From Octopus vulgaris (Eukaryota): a DNA stretch of 64,000 nucleotides. Positions within the stretch are counted from its first letter, which is position 1. Each line of letters starts with the position of its first letter. Position numbers and translations under genes: made by a program. Positions 1-12,833 of this stretch are shown here, one piece after another. The stretch lies in the NCBI GenBank assembly GCA_951406725.2, contig OX597815.1, forward strand, positions 59,210,001 to 59,274,000, given 5' to 3'. The notes under the pieces were generated by a model that saw nothing but the letters and a program-made list of their open reading frames with translations, had not been told where the DNA came from and did no database searches.

Positions 1-335
1 CTCTTGATATCCTACGTTCTACTTGCCTAGAACCTGTCATCATTTCTCTGAACCACCCCTCCCCACTGGTGCTCCCCTATATTTCTGCACCCCCCACATA
101 AAAAGCACCATCCGAACGTGGCCGATGCCAGACCCCTCTGGCACCTGTGCAGGTGGCACGTAAAAAACACCCACTACACTCGCGGAGTGGTTGGCGTTAG
201 GAAGGGCATCCAGCTGTAGAAACACTGCCAGACTAGACTGGAGCCTGGGGCAGTCCCTAGCTCCCCAGACCCCGGTCGAAACCGTCCAACCCGTGCTAGC
301 GCGGAAAACGGACGTTAAATGATGGTGATGATGAT
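1..335 (+). mobile_element. 3' part of a composite non-LTR element (unique segment joined to RTE-type 3' UTR with (GAT)n tail)
   Basis: 1-100 is the diverged reverse complement of 13135-13235; 100-335 matches the 3' UTR of the RTE at 42049-45207 (GGCACGTAAAAA..CACCCACTACACTC..AGGAAGGGCATCCAG..GATGATG). Confidence 0.8.
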
Positions 336-360
336 ATATATATATATATATATATATATA

Positions 361-755
361 GGCGTATCAGTGGCTATGTGGTAAGTAACTTGCTTATGAA
401 CCCCATGGTTCCAGGCTCAATCCCATTGTGTGGCACCTTGGGAAAGTGTCTTCTACTATAGCCTCAGCATGACAGAAACCTTGTGAGTGGATTTGGTAGA
501 CAGAAACTGAAAGAAGCCTGTCGTATATATGTGTATATGTATGTGTGTGTATATGTTTGTGTGTGTGTGGTTGTCCCTCCCCAACATCGCTTGACAACCT
601 ATGCTGGTGTGTCCCCGTAACTTAGCAGTTTGGCAAAAAGGTCCGATAGAATAAGTACTAGGCTTACAAAGAATAAGTTCTGGGGTCGATTTGCTCGACT
701 AAGGCAGTGCTCCAGCATGGCCACTGTCAAATGACTGAAACAAGTAAAAGAGAGT
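361..755 (+). mobile_element. tRNA-derived SINE, full length, with internal (TA/TG)n
   Basis: A-box-like TGGCTATGTGGT, B-box-like GGCTCAATCCC, 3' tail CAGCATGGCC..TGACTGAAACAAGTAAAAGAG; further copies in the window. Confidence 0.85.
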
Positions 756-816
756 AATATGTTTCATATATATATAATTTATTATGTATATATGTTATAT
801 ATATATATATATATAT

Positions 817-1176
817 GTGTGGCATCTTGGGCAAGTGTCTTCTGCTATAGCCCCGAGCCAACCAATGCCTTGTGAGTGGATTTGGTAGACAGAAACTGAA
901 AGAAGGCTGTCGTATATATGTATATATATATATATATATGTGTGCGTGTGTGTGTTTGTGTGTCTGTGTTTGTCCCCCTAGCATTGCTTGACAACCGATG
1001 CTGGTGTGTTTACATCCCCGTCACCTAGCGGTTCAGCAAAAGAGACCGATAGAATAAGTACTGGGCTTACAAAGAATAAGTCCTGTGGTCGATTTGATCG
1101 ACTAAAAGGCGGTGCTCCAGCCTGGCCGCAGTCAAATGACTGAAACAAGTAAAAGAGTAAAAAAGAGTTAAAGAGT
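817..1176 (+). mobile_element. Same SINE family, 5'-truncated
   Basis: Colinear with 427-755; (GTAAAAGA)n tail. Confidence 0.85.
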
Positions 1177-1210
1177 ATATATATATATAATTTATTATGT
1201 ATATGTGTTA

Positions 1211-1292
<82 letters not shown>

Positions 1293-1336
1293 TATATATC
1301 ATTTATTATATATGTATTTTATATATGTATGTAATT

Positions 1337-2325
1337 TAGAGAAAAACCACTATTAAACAATTCAATAAAGAAAGATGTTATTCACACCATATAGAAAACG
1401 TATACTAGTAAATAGTAATAAAAAGACTATGCACGTTTCATTGCTATATTTTCAAATAGATAATAATAATAAAACCAGTTTGATTCAACATTAAATCAAA
1501 CTAAAAATTAATTCTATTTAAAAATATAGTCACTCATCAGGTGTAAGATAGTAAATAATTAAAAAAATGATAATAAAATAAATGTACTTTTCTTAACTTA
1601 TACTAATTATGAAATAAATATATTTAAAAATACATATTAACTATAAATAGTCGAAAAGCATTTAACAATATTTATTAAAATAAAAATATAACTTATCTTG
1701 TCGAAGGATTTTCATTAACTAACAATTTAAGCGTAAAACGTCTAACTTACCGTTTATGGGAAATATAAGAAATATATCGTGTGAAACTATGGCATAAATA
1801 AAAATTATAGAATAAATAGATAGAAATATGTATTTTAGCTATTAAAATTACAAATGTATTTTAGCTGTAAGAATAAGGAAAAAATTAACTTTAATATACT
1901 AATAACTGGAAAAATTGTAAAGTCTAAATAATTTAAATACTAAATACGTGAAATACATAATATAATAAATATAAATTAAGCTAAAATTCTATAATTTAAT
2001 CTATTTTCATTAATATATTTATTTTATAAACATCTAATTTTCAACTTCTTCTAATTATGTAGTATACACTATATAATCTCGTGCTAATTTATACACATTT
2101 TACTACTACAAAATTAGCTAAACTTATTATGTAAGTAATTTAATTTATGTTTACATTTAATTTTTCTTTTGTCGAGGGAATTAACTAAAATTTTATTGTT
2201 AGTTAATAATATCTCCTTAAATTCGTTAGTACATAATAAACAAAGATTACTACCTATTCGATATGATTTTGCCTTACAAACTATCTCCCAATTTAAATTG
2301 TACTTAATATTTTTAGATTATGTAT
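1337..2325 (-). mobile_element. Penelope-like element 3' fragment (GIY-YIG C-terminus plus 3' pLTR)
   Basis: Minus-strand translation of ~2320-2160 gives KNIKYNLNWEIVCKAKSYRIGSNLCLLCTNEFKEILL, matching the endonuclease end of the PLEs at 34.2 and 62.3 kb; hammerhead-like motif downstream. Confidence 0.75.
1425..1543 (-). ncRNA. Hammerhead ribozyme-like motif, degenerate, extended stem II
   Basis: CUGAUGA (1540-1534), 94-nt hairpin (CUAUAUUUU/AAAAUAUAG, AAAUAGA/UCUAUUU, AGUUUGAUU/AAUCAAACU), GAAAC GUGC AUA; stems I and III weak. Confidence 0.55.
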
Positions 2326-2346
2326 ATAATATATATTATATATATA

Positions 2347-2726
2347 TTGGAGGCACTTTGTCAGTTGCTATGATGAGGGTACCAGATGATCCAATCAACA
2401 TAACAGTCTGCTCATGAAATTAATGTGCAAGTGCTGAGCTGTCTAAAGATATGTGTACTCTTAATGTAGTTAATAGGGAGAATGAGCACGACACAGAGTG
2501 TGATGAGGCTGGCCTTTTGAAATACAGGTACAACAGAAACAGAATGAAAGAGTGAGAGAAAGTTATGGTGAAGGAGTATAGCAGGGTTGCCACCACCCAC
2601 TACCAGATCCTCATAGAGTTTTATGTGTTTTCGCTCAGTAAACACTCACAACTCCAGTCTGGGAATCAAAACCGTGAATTTACGACAGTAGGTCCACTCC
2701 CCTCACAACTGGGCCATTGCATGTCA
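2347..2726 (-). mobile_element. tRNA-derived SINE, second family, degenerate
   Basis: Minus-strand head TGGCCCAGTTG (A-box-like) and GGTTTTGATTCCC (B-box-like); ~380 bp body ending in (TA)n. Confidence 0.6.
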
Positions 2727-3220
2727 ACAATTTTTATATATATACATATGATGATGATGATGATGATGATAATATATGTATATAACATATCTAGTATATA
2801 AATCCCGTTCTGTCTGTCTGTCTGTGCACTTATAACTCGAGTATTGTTCATCTGATTGCGCTGAAGTATTAAACATGGATACATGAGAGTGCGGGGTATT
2901 CTGTAATCTCAAAAGATTTTCAAAATTGTCAATTTCAAAGTGAGAATTGCTATTTTTATTATCTTTTTGTCCTATTTCTTCATTCAAAGCAACAAGTTGC
3001 TCAGACAGCCAGCACATACCATTTCACTGGCAACAAGCAGATTACAGGATGACAGTCAACCAAAACCGTTGCTATGCTGTATCTCTTCTTTCTGCTCTCT
3101 ATCTCCCTCTCTGTCCCCATCTCTCTATATGTAGAAGGCTCAATACGATTATCTAAATTAAAGCAACAGTCATCAAATGCAAAAAGTCAAAGAACTGTTT
3201 ATATATTCGTAATTACATAC

Positions 3221-3412
3221 ATAAGACAATAGGGTGTCTTGAAGGAGATTTGGCTGCTATTTCTACCGGATCTAACTATTATGTAGAGGGCTCACTTATT
3301 GGCTTATACATACATATATACATACATAAGACAGTAATGTGTGATTTGAGGGAGATTTGGCTCTTATTCCTACCAGGTTTGGCTACCATGTAGAGGTCTC
3401 CCTCATTGGCTC
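3221..3412. repeat. Two diverged tandem copies of a ~100-bp unit
   Basis: ATAAGACA..TTGA(A/G)GGAGATTTGGCT..TTC(C)TACC..ATGTAGAGG..ATTGGCT at 3221 and 3326. Confidence 0.6.
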
Positions 3413-3419
3413 ATCAATA

Positions 3420-5972
3420 TCTATAAAGCTGAAATACGGAAAGCTTGTTTGTCTCATTTTGGGATTGGAGCAGGTTAAGGGGCACTAAATGGGTCGGATT
3501 GGCTCCAAAATTTACAGGGACATGTAAAAAGAGGGGAGGAAGTGAGTGGACTAGGTTAGAAACCCCTATCTAAAAAGCTGTGGTTACTAGGGTAAGAAAA
3601 GTCACACTTTGACATGTGTTTGTCATTTCTCCCTTTCACATATCAGCCTGTCTTCCTCCAGCTTCTCTTTCCTTCCTTCCCATCACTTTCTCTCTATAAT
3701 GACATTTGACAGCTTCGCCGTCTCTCTGTCACTCTTTCCCCTACCACATCTCTTACTGTACGTCTGTCTGTATCTATAGAGAGAAAGCATTGACAGCCGC
3801 AAAAGTTTAAATATTCCCACCACAGGTCTTTTAGAATCGTGAATTATTATCGCCCACTACCATTGCACAATCATAAAAGATAGTATTAATCAGATATATT
3901 GTGTTAATTTATATATATGTGTGTGTATATAAATATATATATAATGTGTATACATATATATTTATGTGTGTATATATATAAAGTGTATATATTTATATAT
4001 ATGTTTGTTTATATATATATATGTGTGTAGACATGTATATATAATGCGTATATATGTACGTATTTTATGCATATGTATATATATATATATATATATACAG
4101 GGGATTATATATATATATATATATACATAATGTGTGCATATGTGGTTGGATTGAGCTGAAAATATGCACACCTATGTTAAAAGTGCTAGCAAGTTTGCAT
4201 GGCAACTTTGAGTTTGCTCATTTGAAAGGCATGGCCTCTAGGGCAAAATTGCTCATCTTTTAAAATGTGGCCCACGTAGACCCAATTGAAATCGGGTTAT
4301 AATACCAAACAAGTAAAATAATAATAAACTATTTTAATCGCAAGCAAGGCCGGATATATTCGTCTAATCTATAAAATGAAGAAGGCGAATGTTGATACAA
4401 ATTGGATTTTTATGTAAAAAGGGGTCTAAATGGGTCTGGAAGGAGATTAAAATTTACAGGAGGGGGAGGTGAGAAATTGATTGGGAGACGTTTTGGGGTG
4501 CCACAGTGGTTGCTTTGGTGTGAAAACGGGGATTTTATTGATTTTTGGGGACACTTGGTGGTCTAGATTGGACACCTTTTGCCTGATTTCAATCAAATTT
4601 TCATCATGGTAAAGTGGAAGCGGATTTGTAATTTAAGCGCAGAAATCTAATTTTTTTTTATAAATGGGAGAGAGACAGATAGATAGAGAGTAAGAGAAAG
4701 CGAGGGAGAGTCTGAGAGAAAGGAAGAGTAAGAGAGTGGGAAAAGGAGAGAGAAACAAATAAGGAGAATGTGGTGATAAGAAACAGAAAGGAAGCAACAG
4801 AAAGTGACAACCACACCCTCACCCATGCGTAGAGTGGGTCACCTTAAGCTAGTCAATATCTGAAGCTGAAATGCGAAAAAGTTGTTTGATTTCTTGGTTA
4901 TTTGTTTCATTTTGGGATGGCAGCAGTTTAAAGGGCGGAAGATGGGGTCGGATGGGCACCAAAATTTACACTGGCGGGTAAAATGGGGTGGGCAATGGTG
5001 TGAGGAGGGTCAAAAGTCACTCAGGGCTACTGTTTGGTTGCCATGCTGAGGAATATGGGAAAAATTTAGTTTTATGGGATAGACAGGTTACGATGTTCGA
5101 ATAATGGTGGCGTTTCGTGTTGCTGCAGGGGCTAGAGGCAGTTATCTTTAATCTATAAAATGAAGAAGGCGAATGTTGATACAAATTGGATTTTTATGTA
5201 AAATGGGGTCTAAATGGGCTGGAGGGGATTAAAATTTACAAGAGGGGGGTAACTTGAGGTGATAAATTGATTGGGAGACATTTTGGGGGCGTTACAGTGG
5301 TTGCTTTGCTGTGAAAATGGGTATGTTATTGATTTTTGGGGACACTTGGGGATCTAGATTGGACATCTTTTGCCTGATTTCAATCAAATTTTCAACATGG
5401 TAAAGTGGAAGCGGATTTGTAATATAAGTGTGGAAAATGGGCTCAAAATTTTGAAAACTAAGGCAAGATTTTTGAAGTTAAAAAAAAAAATCTCATTTTT
5501 ACATATTTTTGCCTTTTATACTTTATTGTTTACAGTTTTCATTTTTTCTGAAAGAAATTTACAGCTGCATGTAGCCTGTGTTTAGAGCTTTCATTTGCAT
5601 GGTCAGTTGTTGAAAAATTCCCAAAATAAGTACTAAATTTAACAAATCTTTTTTTCCTTATTTTTAATCGCTCAATTAGTGGCATGTACAAAAGGCAAAT
5701 GTGCTTTCCGTTGTCACTGCCTAATATTTATGATTGATCTTTCAAAATATTTTCTTTCTCATCTTACTCAAGATCTTTTGTTTTTTATAAATGAGAGAGA
5801 AATAGATAGATAGTGAAAGATAGAGAGGGATAGTCCGAGAGAAAGCAAGAGTAGGAGAGTAGGAAAGAGAGAGAGAAAGGAGAGAGAAACAAGGAGGGAG
5901 AATGTAGCGATAAGAAACAGAAAGTAACAACCACACCCTCACCCACGCAAAGAGCAGGTCACCTTAACCTAG
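3420..5972 (+). mobile_element. Head-to-tail array of non-autonomous Helitron-like modules (A-B-A'-B')
   Basis: TC starts near 3420, 4368, 4859, 5152; B and B' are homologous and end in hairpin ACCCA..GGT plus CTAG|T (4853, 5972); A and A' share ~150 bp. Confidence 0.6.
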
Positions 5973-5974
5973 TT

Positions 5975-7635
<1,661 letters not shown>

Positions 7636-7636
7636 A

Positions 7637-10600
7637 GTGTCAGGTCACTTTCGAGTGCTACTGGTAACATGTAACCCAGTACAACCTGTTGCATGGTCGG
7701 GTCCTCGGCGACTAAATCGGCAACCCCACCAAGCTTTCTTGGTGAGGAGGGTGTTTATTGGACACCCTGCGGGATGAAAAACAAAAACCCGTCAAAAGGC
7801 GGAGGACCTCTTGAGAGTCAGCGGCCATCCAATAAATGTTAGCACAGGTACACAGAAATTCTGGGATGGTGTCCGGCATGCTGAAAGACCACTGGAAGTG
7901 AGGCACCACTCAGCTTTTGTTAAACCATATCTCTAGGAGAAGGCCACTCTGATATAAAACCAGATATGCAGGGAATGGCATTGGACATTTTGGGAATCTT
8001 TGGTTTGTGCTGGAGATCACGGCGCTCCCACATCCCTGAGCCTGCGACTCATATTGGCACCAGACATCTTGCTCCAGCTTGTCTCTAGATAATGCCAATA
8101 AAGTGGAGAGGGTCTATGAGGTGTTGTGCAAGCCTTATTGGACCTAAAACTCTGCACAGACTTTGCCGACCTCTGCTCGATATGTGCATTTTTTTTCTTC
8201 TATATATATATATATATTTTATCTTATTTTTAGTATATATTTTCTTCATTTTCCGTATATATTTTAATTTTTTTTTATTTGGAAGTCCTGCGGTGATGGG
8301 AAGGTGGTGAAGCATGCAGACCTGACGGGTTGGAAGCATGTAGTCAGCGACCTGCATGAAGGCGGCCCATGCTAGATATAAAGTCGTCTCCTTGTTGCCC
8401 AAGACAGCGGTAGGATTCGGTTGCTGCATGGGTGTCTGAGCAGCTCCATTTGGAGAGGGCACTGTTCACCCGGAGACCGGGGAGGTTCTAGAAAAGGTGA
8501 ACCAAAAATTGTCTGTCTTTCCATATCTGGTCAGTTGAGTGTGACCAACGGATGTCCACCCTGCACTTGAAAAACAAAGAGTCTTTTATCTATAAAATCT
8601 GGACAGAACTTAAACATTTCATGTTGGAACGTGCGCACTCTGTTGAACAACAAGAGTGATTGCAGGCCTGAAAGATGCACTGCACTTGTTGCTCGTGTGC
8701 TGAACCATTATAAAATTGATATAGCTGCACTCTCAGAGACTCGTATAGAAGGTGATGGTCAGCTTGAGGAGGTAGGAGGTGGATACACCTTTTTTTGGAA
8801 AGGAAGGCAGAAGGAGGAGCACAGAGAGGCTGGTGTTGGTTTTGCAGTCCGATCTGATATCCTTAAGAAGTTGGAAGAGCTCCCTGTTCCTATAAATGAA
8901 AGTATAATGACGCTACGGTCGCACTTGAAAGGTAAGCGGTATGCTACTCTAATAAGTGCCTATGCTCCTACTTTGACTAGCTGTGATGAAGATAAAACAA
9001 TCTTTTATACCCAACTGAGAGCCATACTTAGAAAATTCCCCAATTCTGATAAAGTCATTCTACTGGGGGATTTTAATGCCAGGGTTGGAACAGACTGGTA
9101 AACATGGAACTCTCTAGGATGTTTTGGAGTAGGGAAAATGAATAGCAATGGTCTCATGCTACTGGAGCTTTGCGAAGAACATGGACTTTACATTGCAAGC
9201 ACTCATTTTGTAAAATCACTACTGAAGCGATCTCTCAGGAAGATGCAGAACACTTGGTGGGGGGATCTTGCTCATGATGTTCAGGCTACTGCTGATGCAA
9301 ATGACAGCAAGAAGCTTTACCATCTTATGAAGTGAGCTTATGGACCTAAGAGCTCCACATCAGCTCCTTTGCTTTCCAAGGAATCTTCCACTCTGTTTAC
9401 TAAATCAGCAGAAATTACAGGTCGCTGGATCGAACACTTCTCTGAACTCCTAAACCATGAGTCAGTTGTGAATGAGACAGTGATTGATACTATGCAACAA
9501 AGACCTATCATTGGCTCCTTAGACTCCCCGCCCTCAATAGATGAAGTAATGACATCAATAAGTAAATTGAATCTTGGTAGGGCACCTGGAAAGGATGGAA
9601 TTTGTGCTGAGGTCTTGTGATTTAATGGTAATTACACCACACAGTCCCTTCATGAACTTATTAGTGCAGTCTGGAGGGATGGTGCAATCCCTAAGGACTG
9701 GAAGGATGCAATTATTCTTCCTCTATATAAAGGAAAAGCAGCCAGAGCAATGTGTGGTAACTAAAGAGATATTGCTCTATCAGCTGCTGGCAAGGTTCTG
9801 GCAAATATTCTTCTTACCTGTCTGAATGGGTGTCTCGTAAATGATGTCCTATCTGAATCTCAATGTGGCTTCCGATCTGGTAGAGGGACAATGGATATTA
9901 TTTTCACAGCAAGACAGATGCAGGAGAAGTGCTATGAGCAGAATATGGATCTTGTCCAGGTATTCATTGATTTAACAAAGGCCTTCGATACTGTAAATAG
10001 GGCCTTTCTATGGAAAATACTTGGCATACTTGGATGTTCGGATCACTCTGTATCTGTAATTAAATCATTTCATGAGGAGATGGAGGCTTGGGTCAATGTT
10101 GGTGGTGCCATAGCGGGACCCATTCCTGTAGAGAATGGTGTCAAGAGTGACATCCTTACCCCAACTCTCTTTTCTTTGTACTTTGCTGCTGCTTTTACTC
10201 ATGCTTTTGCTAAGGTTAGCTCTCTGGGAATATATGTCAGATATCAATCTTCTGGTCACTTCTTTAATCTTTGCCGATTTGCTGCCAATTCAAAGGTTTC
10301 CCAGTCTATTATTCGTGACCTTCTTTATGCAGTTGACTGTGACTTAGTCACTCATACAGTGGATGACATGCAAATACTCATGAATTGCATTTCTGCTTCT
10401 TCTCAGCATTAGCCTGGACAAGATTGTTGTAATGTTCCAGCCTGCACCAGGAAATCCATATATGGAACCAGCTATCTTGGTTGAAGGAACAATTCTGAAG
10501 GTAGTAGACAAGTTTGTCTACCTGGGCAGCACACGCAGCCGTTGTTGCTCCCTGGATGAGGAAATATCTTTCAGGTTGAAATATCTCTTCAGTCTTGTGT

Positions 10601-11312
10601 CTGGTCCCAACACGGCATCACAAGGAGAACAAAAGTTGCCGTGTACCGTGCATGTGTATTGACATCGCTCCACTACTCATGTGATACATGGACTCTGTAC
10701 AAACGTCAGGTAAGGGTCCTTGAACGCTTTCATCAGAGATGTCTCAAACACATTCTCAATGTTAGCTGGACCTCAAAAATTCCAGACACACAGGTCCTGA
10801 GAACTGCTGATATCTTGAGTATTGGGGCGATGGTGCACAAGCACCGGTTACGTTGGACTGGATACCTTATAAGAATGAAGGATAGCAGGATTCCTAAGCA
10901 GATGCTCTATGGAGAACATGTGAATGGAAGGAGACTCCAGCAGAAACCAAGGCTGCGATTTAAGGACTGTGTCAAGTCCTCATTAAAGGCCTGTGATATG
11001 CAGGACACTAACTGGGAGAACAATGCCTGTCATCGCCACAGATGGAGGAAGCAGGTTAAGGAGGGGATTGACACTTTTGAGAGAGCATGTATCCAGCATG
11101 AAGAATTTAAATGAGCTGCGCGAAAGTGCACGGCTCGTATAGTGAATCGGGAAAGCTTGGTCTGCAATGTTTGCAGCCATGTATGCTTGTCAATAGCAGG
11201 GCTCATTAGCTACCAACGGAGCCGCAAATGCAAAATATAAGTTAGTCTTAGCATACACAATGTTCCTGAAGGTCGGCAATGGTCTTCCTCGGTCACGAGT
11301 GGACGGCCATCA
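7637..11312 (+). mobile_element. RTE-clade (BovB-like) LINE, 5' end retained, internally deleted, defective
   Basis: APE motifs WNVRTL, DIAALSETR, ILLGDFNARVG; RT motifs SQCGFR, FIDLTKAFD, LLYAVD; C-terminal RLRWTG..RIPKQMLYGE; stops and frameshifts. Confidence 0.93.
8600..11114 (+). pseudogene. APE endonuclease / reverse transcriptase ORF of RTE LINE, fragmented
   Basis: ORF pieces 8631-9101, 9138-9335, 9369-9620, 9891-10412, 10432-10662, 10641-11114. Confidence 0.9.
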
Positions 11313-11344
11313 TATATGATACATATAATATATCATAAAAATAA

Positions 11345-11822
11345 GCTGTGCATGAGAAGACCAGGCAGGACAAGTGAGTCCAGCCCACTTATGCATGCCT
11401 TTCCTCCCTTGGACACACAAAGACCTGTTGAAGCAAGCGAAGTCGATATCAAACCTCATCCGACGACAGGCACCCATGCCAACCCCCCTTGCGAAGACCT
11501 GTTGGGGCAAGTGAAATCGAAATCGAAATTGAACCAATCCTATGACTGGCACCCGGCAGATGCCAGGACCCCTGGACTGCTGGTACGTAAAAAGCACTAT
11601 CCGAATCGTGGCCGATGCCAGAGCGGCCTGGCACCTGTGCAGGTGGCACGTAAAAAGCACCCACTACACTCACGGAGTGGTTGGCATTAGGAAGGGCATC
11701 CAGCTGTAGAAACATTGTCAGATAAGACTAGAGCCATGTGCAGCCTTCTGGCTTCCCAGATCCCCGGTCGAACCGTCCAACCCATGCTAGCATGGAGAAC
11801 GGACGTTAAACAATGATGATGA
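11345..11822 (+). mobile_element. 5'-truncated 3' end of the PHD-type RTE family
   Basis: Begins with last ORF codons (GCTGTGCATGAGAAGACC..AAGTGA), then 3' UTR and (GAT)n tail as at 44483-45207. Confidence 0.85.
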
Positions 11823-11866
11823 TAATGTATACATATATCTAAAATATATATATATTTATATAATAT

Positions 11867-12203
11867 AAAATAAATATAAGAGAGTGGTCACTATATTGCT
11901 CACTCTAGCACCAGTTAATCCAAAAGGTTTCAACCACGAAAATACATGTTTCCCATGAAAGTCAGTACGATTGTTAGCTCACACGGACAGGGCAAATAAA
12001 AAATAACAAAAATACAGATTATTTTGGGACAATTGTTTTGTCCCAAAATAATCTGTATTTTTGTTATTTTTTATTTGCCCTGTCCGTGTGAGCTAACAAT
12101 CGTACTGACTTTCATGGGAAACATGTATTTTCGTGGTTGAAACCTTTTGGATTAACTGGTGCTAGAGTGAGCAATATAGTCACCACTCTCTTATATTTAT
12201 TTT
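11867..12203. repeat. Near-perfect inverted repeat, 166-bp arms, 5-nt spacer
   Basis: 11867-12032 vs 12038-12203; one mismatch seen (GGTCACT vs GGTGACT). Confidence 0.95.
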
Positions 12204-12451
12204 GTAAAAATATTATAATATGTTATAAAATATTATAATAATCCAGGTTTCTCGGAGCACTAGGCCACTTGGTGTTGAATAAATATACTATTAAATTAGT
12301 ATCTAATTCTCTCACCCTTATTAATTAATTATATATTTATATATATATTGGTAAAAACGGTAAGATAACAAAAGAAAGAAAGAGACCTCAATATTATGTA
12401 AATAGAGGAAATTTATCTGTAAGATAATTTGTGACAATTATTCAATAGCCA

Positions 12452-12514
12452 AGATCAAACACTGAGTTTCGGATGCCGAGGTGGAAATCCACAACACCAT
12501 CTCTTCGGTTATCT
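12452..12514 (-). ncRNA. Hammerhead ribozyme-like motif, degenerate (CCGAAGA core)
   Basis: AGAUAA CCGAAGA GAUG..GUGG AUUU CCAC..CAUCC GAAA CUC A GUG UU UGAUCU. Confidence 0.5.
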
Positions 12515-12571
12515 GAATATATATATATATATATATATATATGTGATATATATAATATATACATATATACG

Positions 12572-12631
12572 ATGGTGGTGCCCCAGCATGACCACAGCTC
12601 GTGAGCTGAAAGTAGATAAAATAAAAATAAA
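12572..12631 (+). mobile_element. Isolated 3' tail of CR1-group LINE
   Basis: GGTGGTGCCCCAGCATGACCACAGCTCGTGAGCTGAAAGTAGATAAAATAAAAAT matches LINE tails at 21960 and 36680. Confidence 0.75.
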
Positions 12632-12833
12632 TATATATTTTATAATATATTATTATTAATATCAGGAAATCAGTATTAGAAAATTCTTCACAAAAATATA
12701 TACGTATGTAAAATAATTGTTGTATTAAAAATATAAATATATGTATGCATGTATTTATGTATATCTATATATATATACACACACACACACACACATATAT
12801 CTATATATATATATATATATATATGATATATAT

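Noticed and set aside
361-440. tRNA genes at SINE heads
   Set aside because: A/B boxes are present but there is no full cloverleaf and each continues into a SINE body.
7637-7830. HDV-like ribozyme at the RTE 5' end
   Set aside because: Could not assign P1/P1.1/P2/P3 nesting or the J4/2 catalytic C; kept only as an unclassified structured leader.
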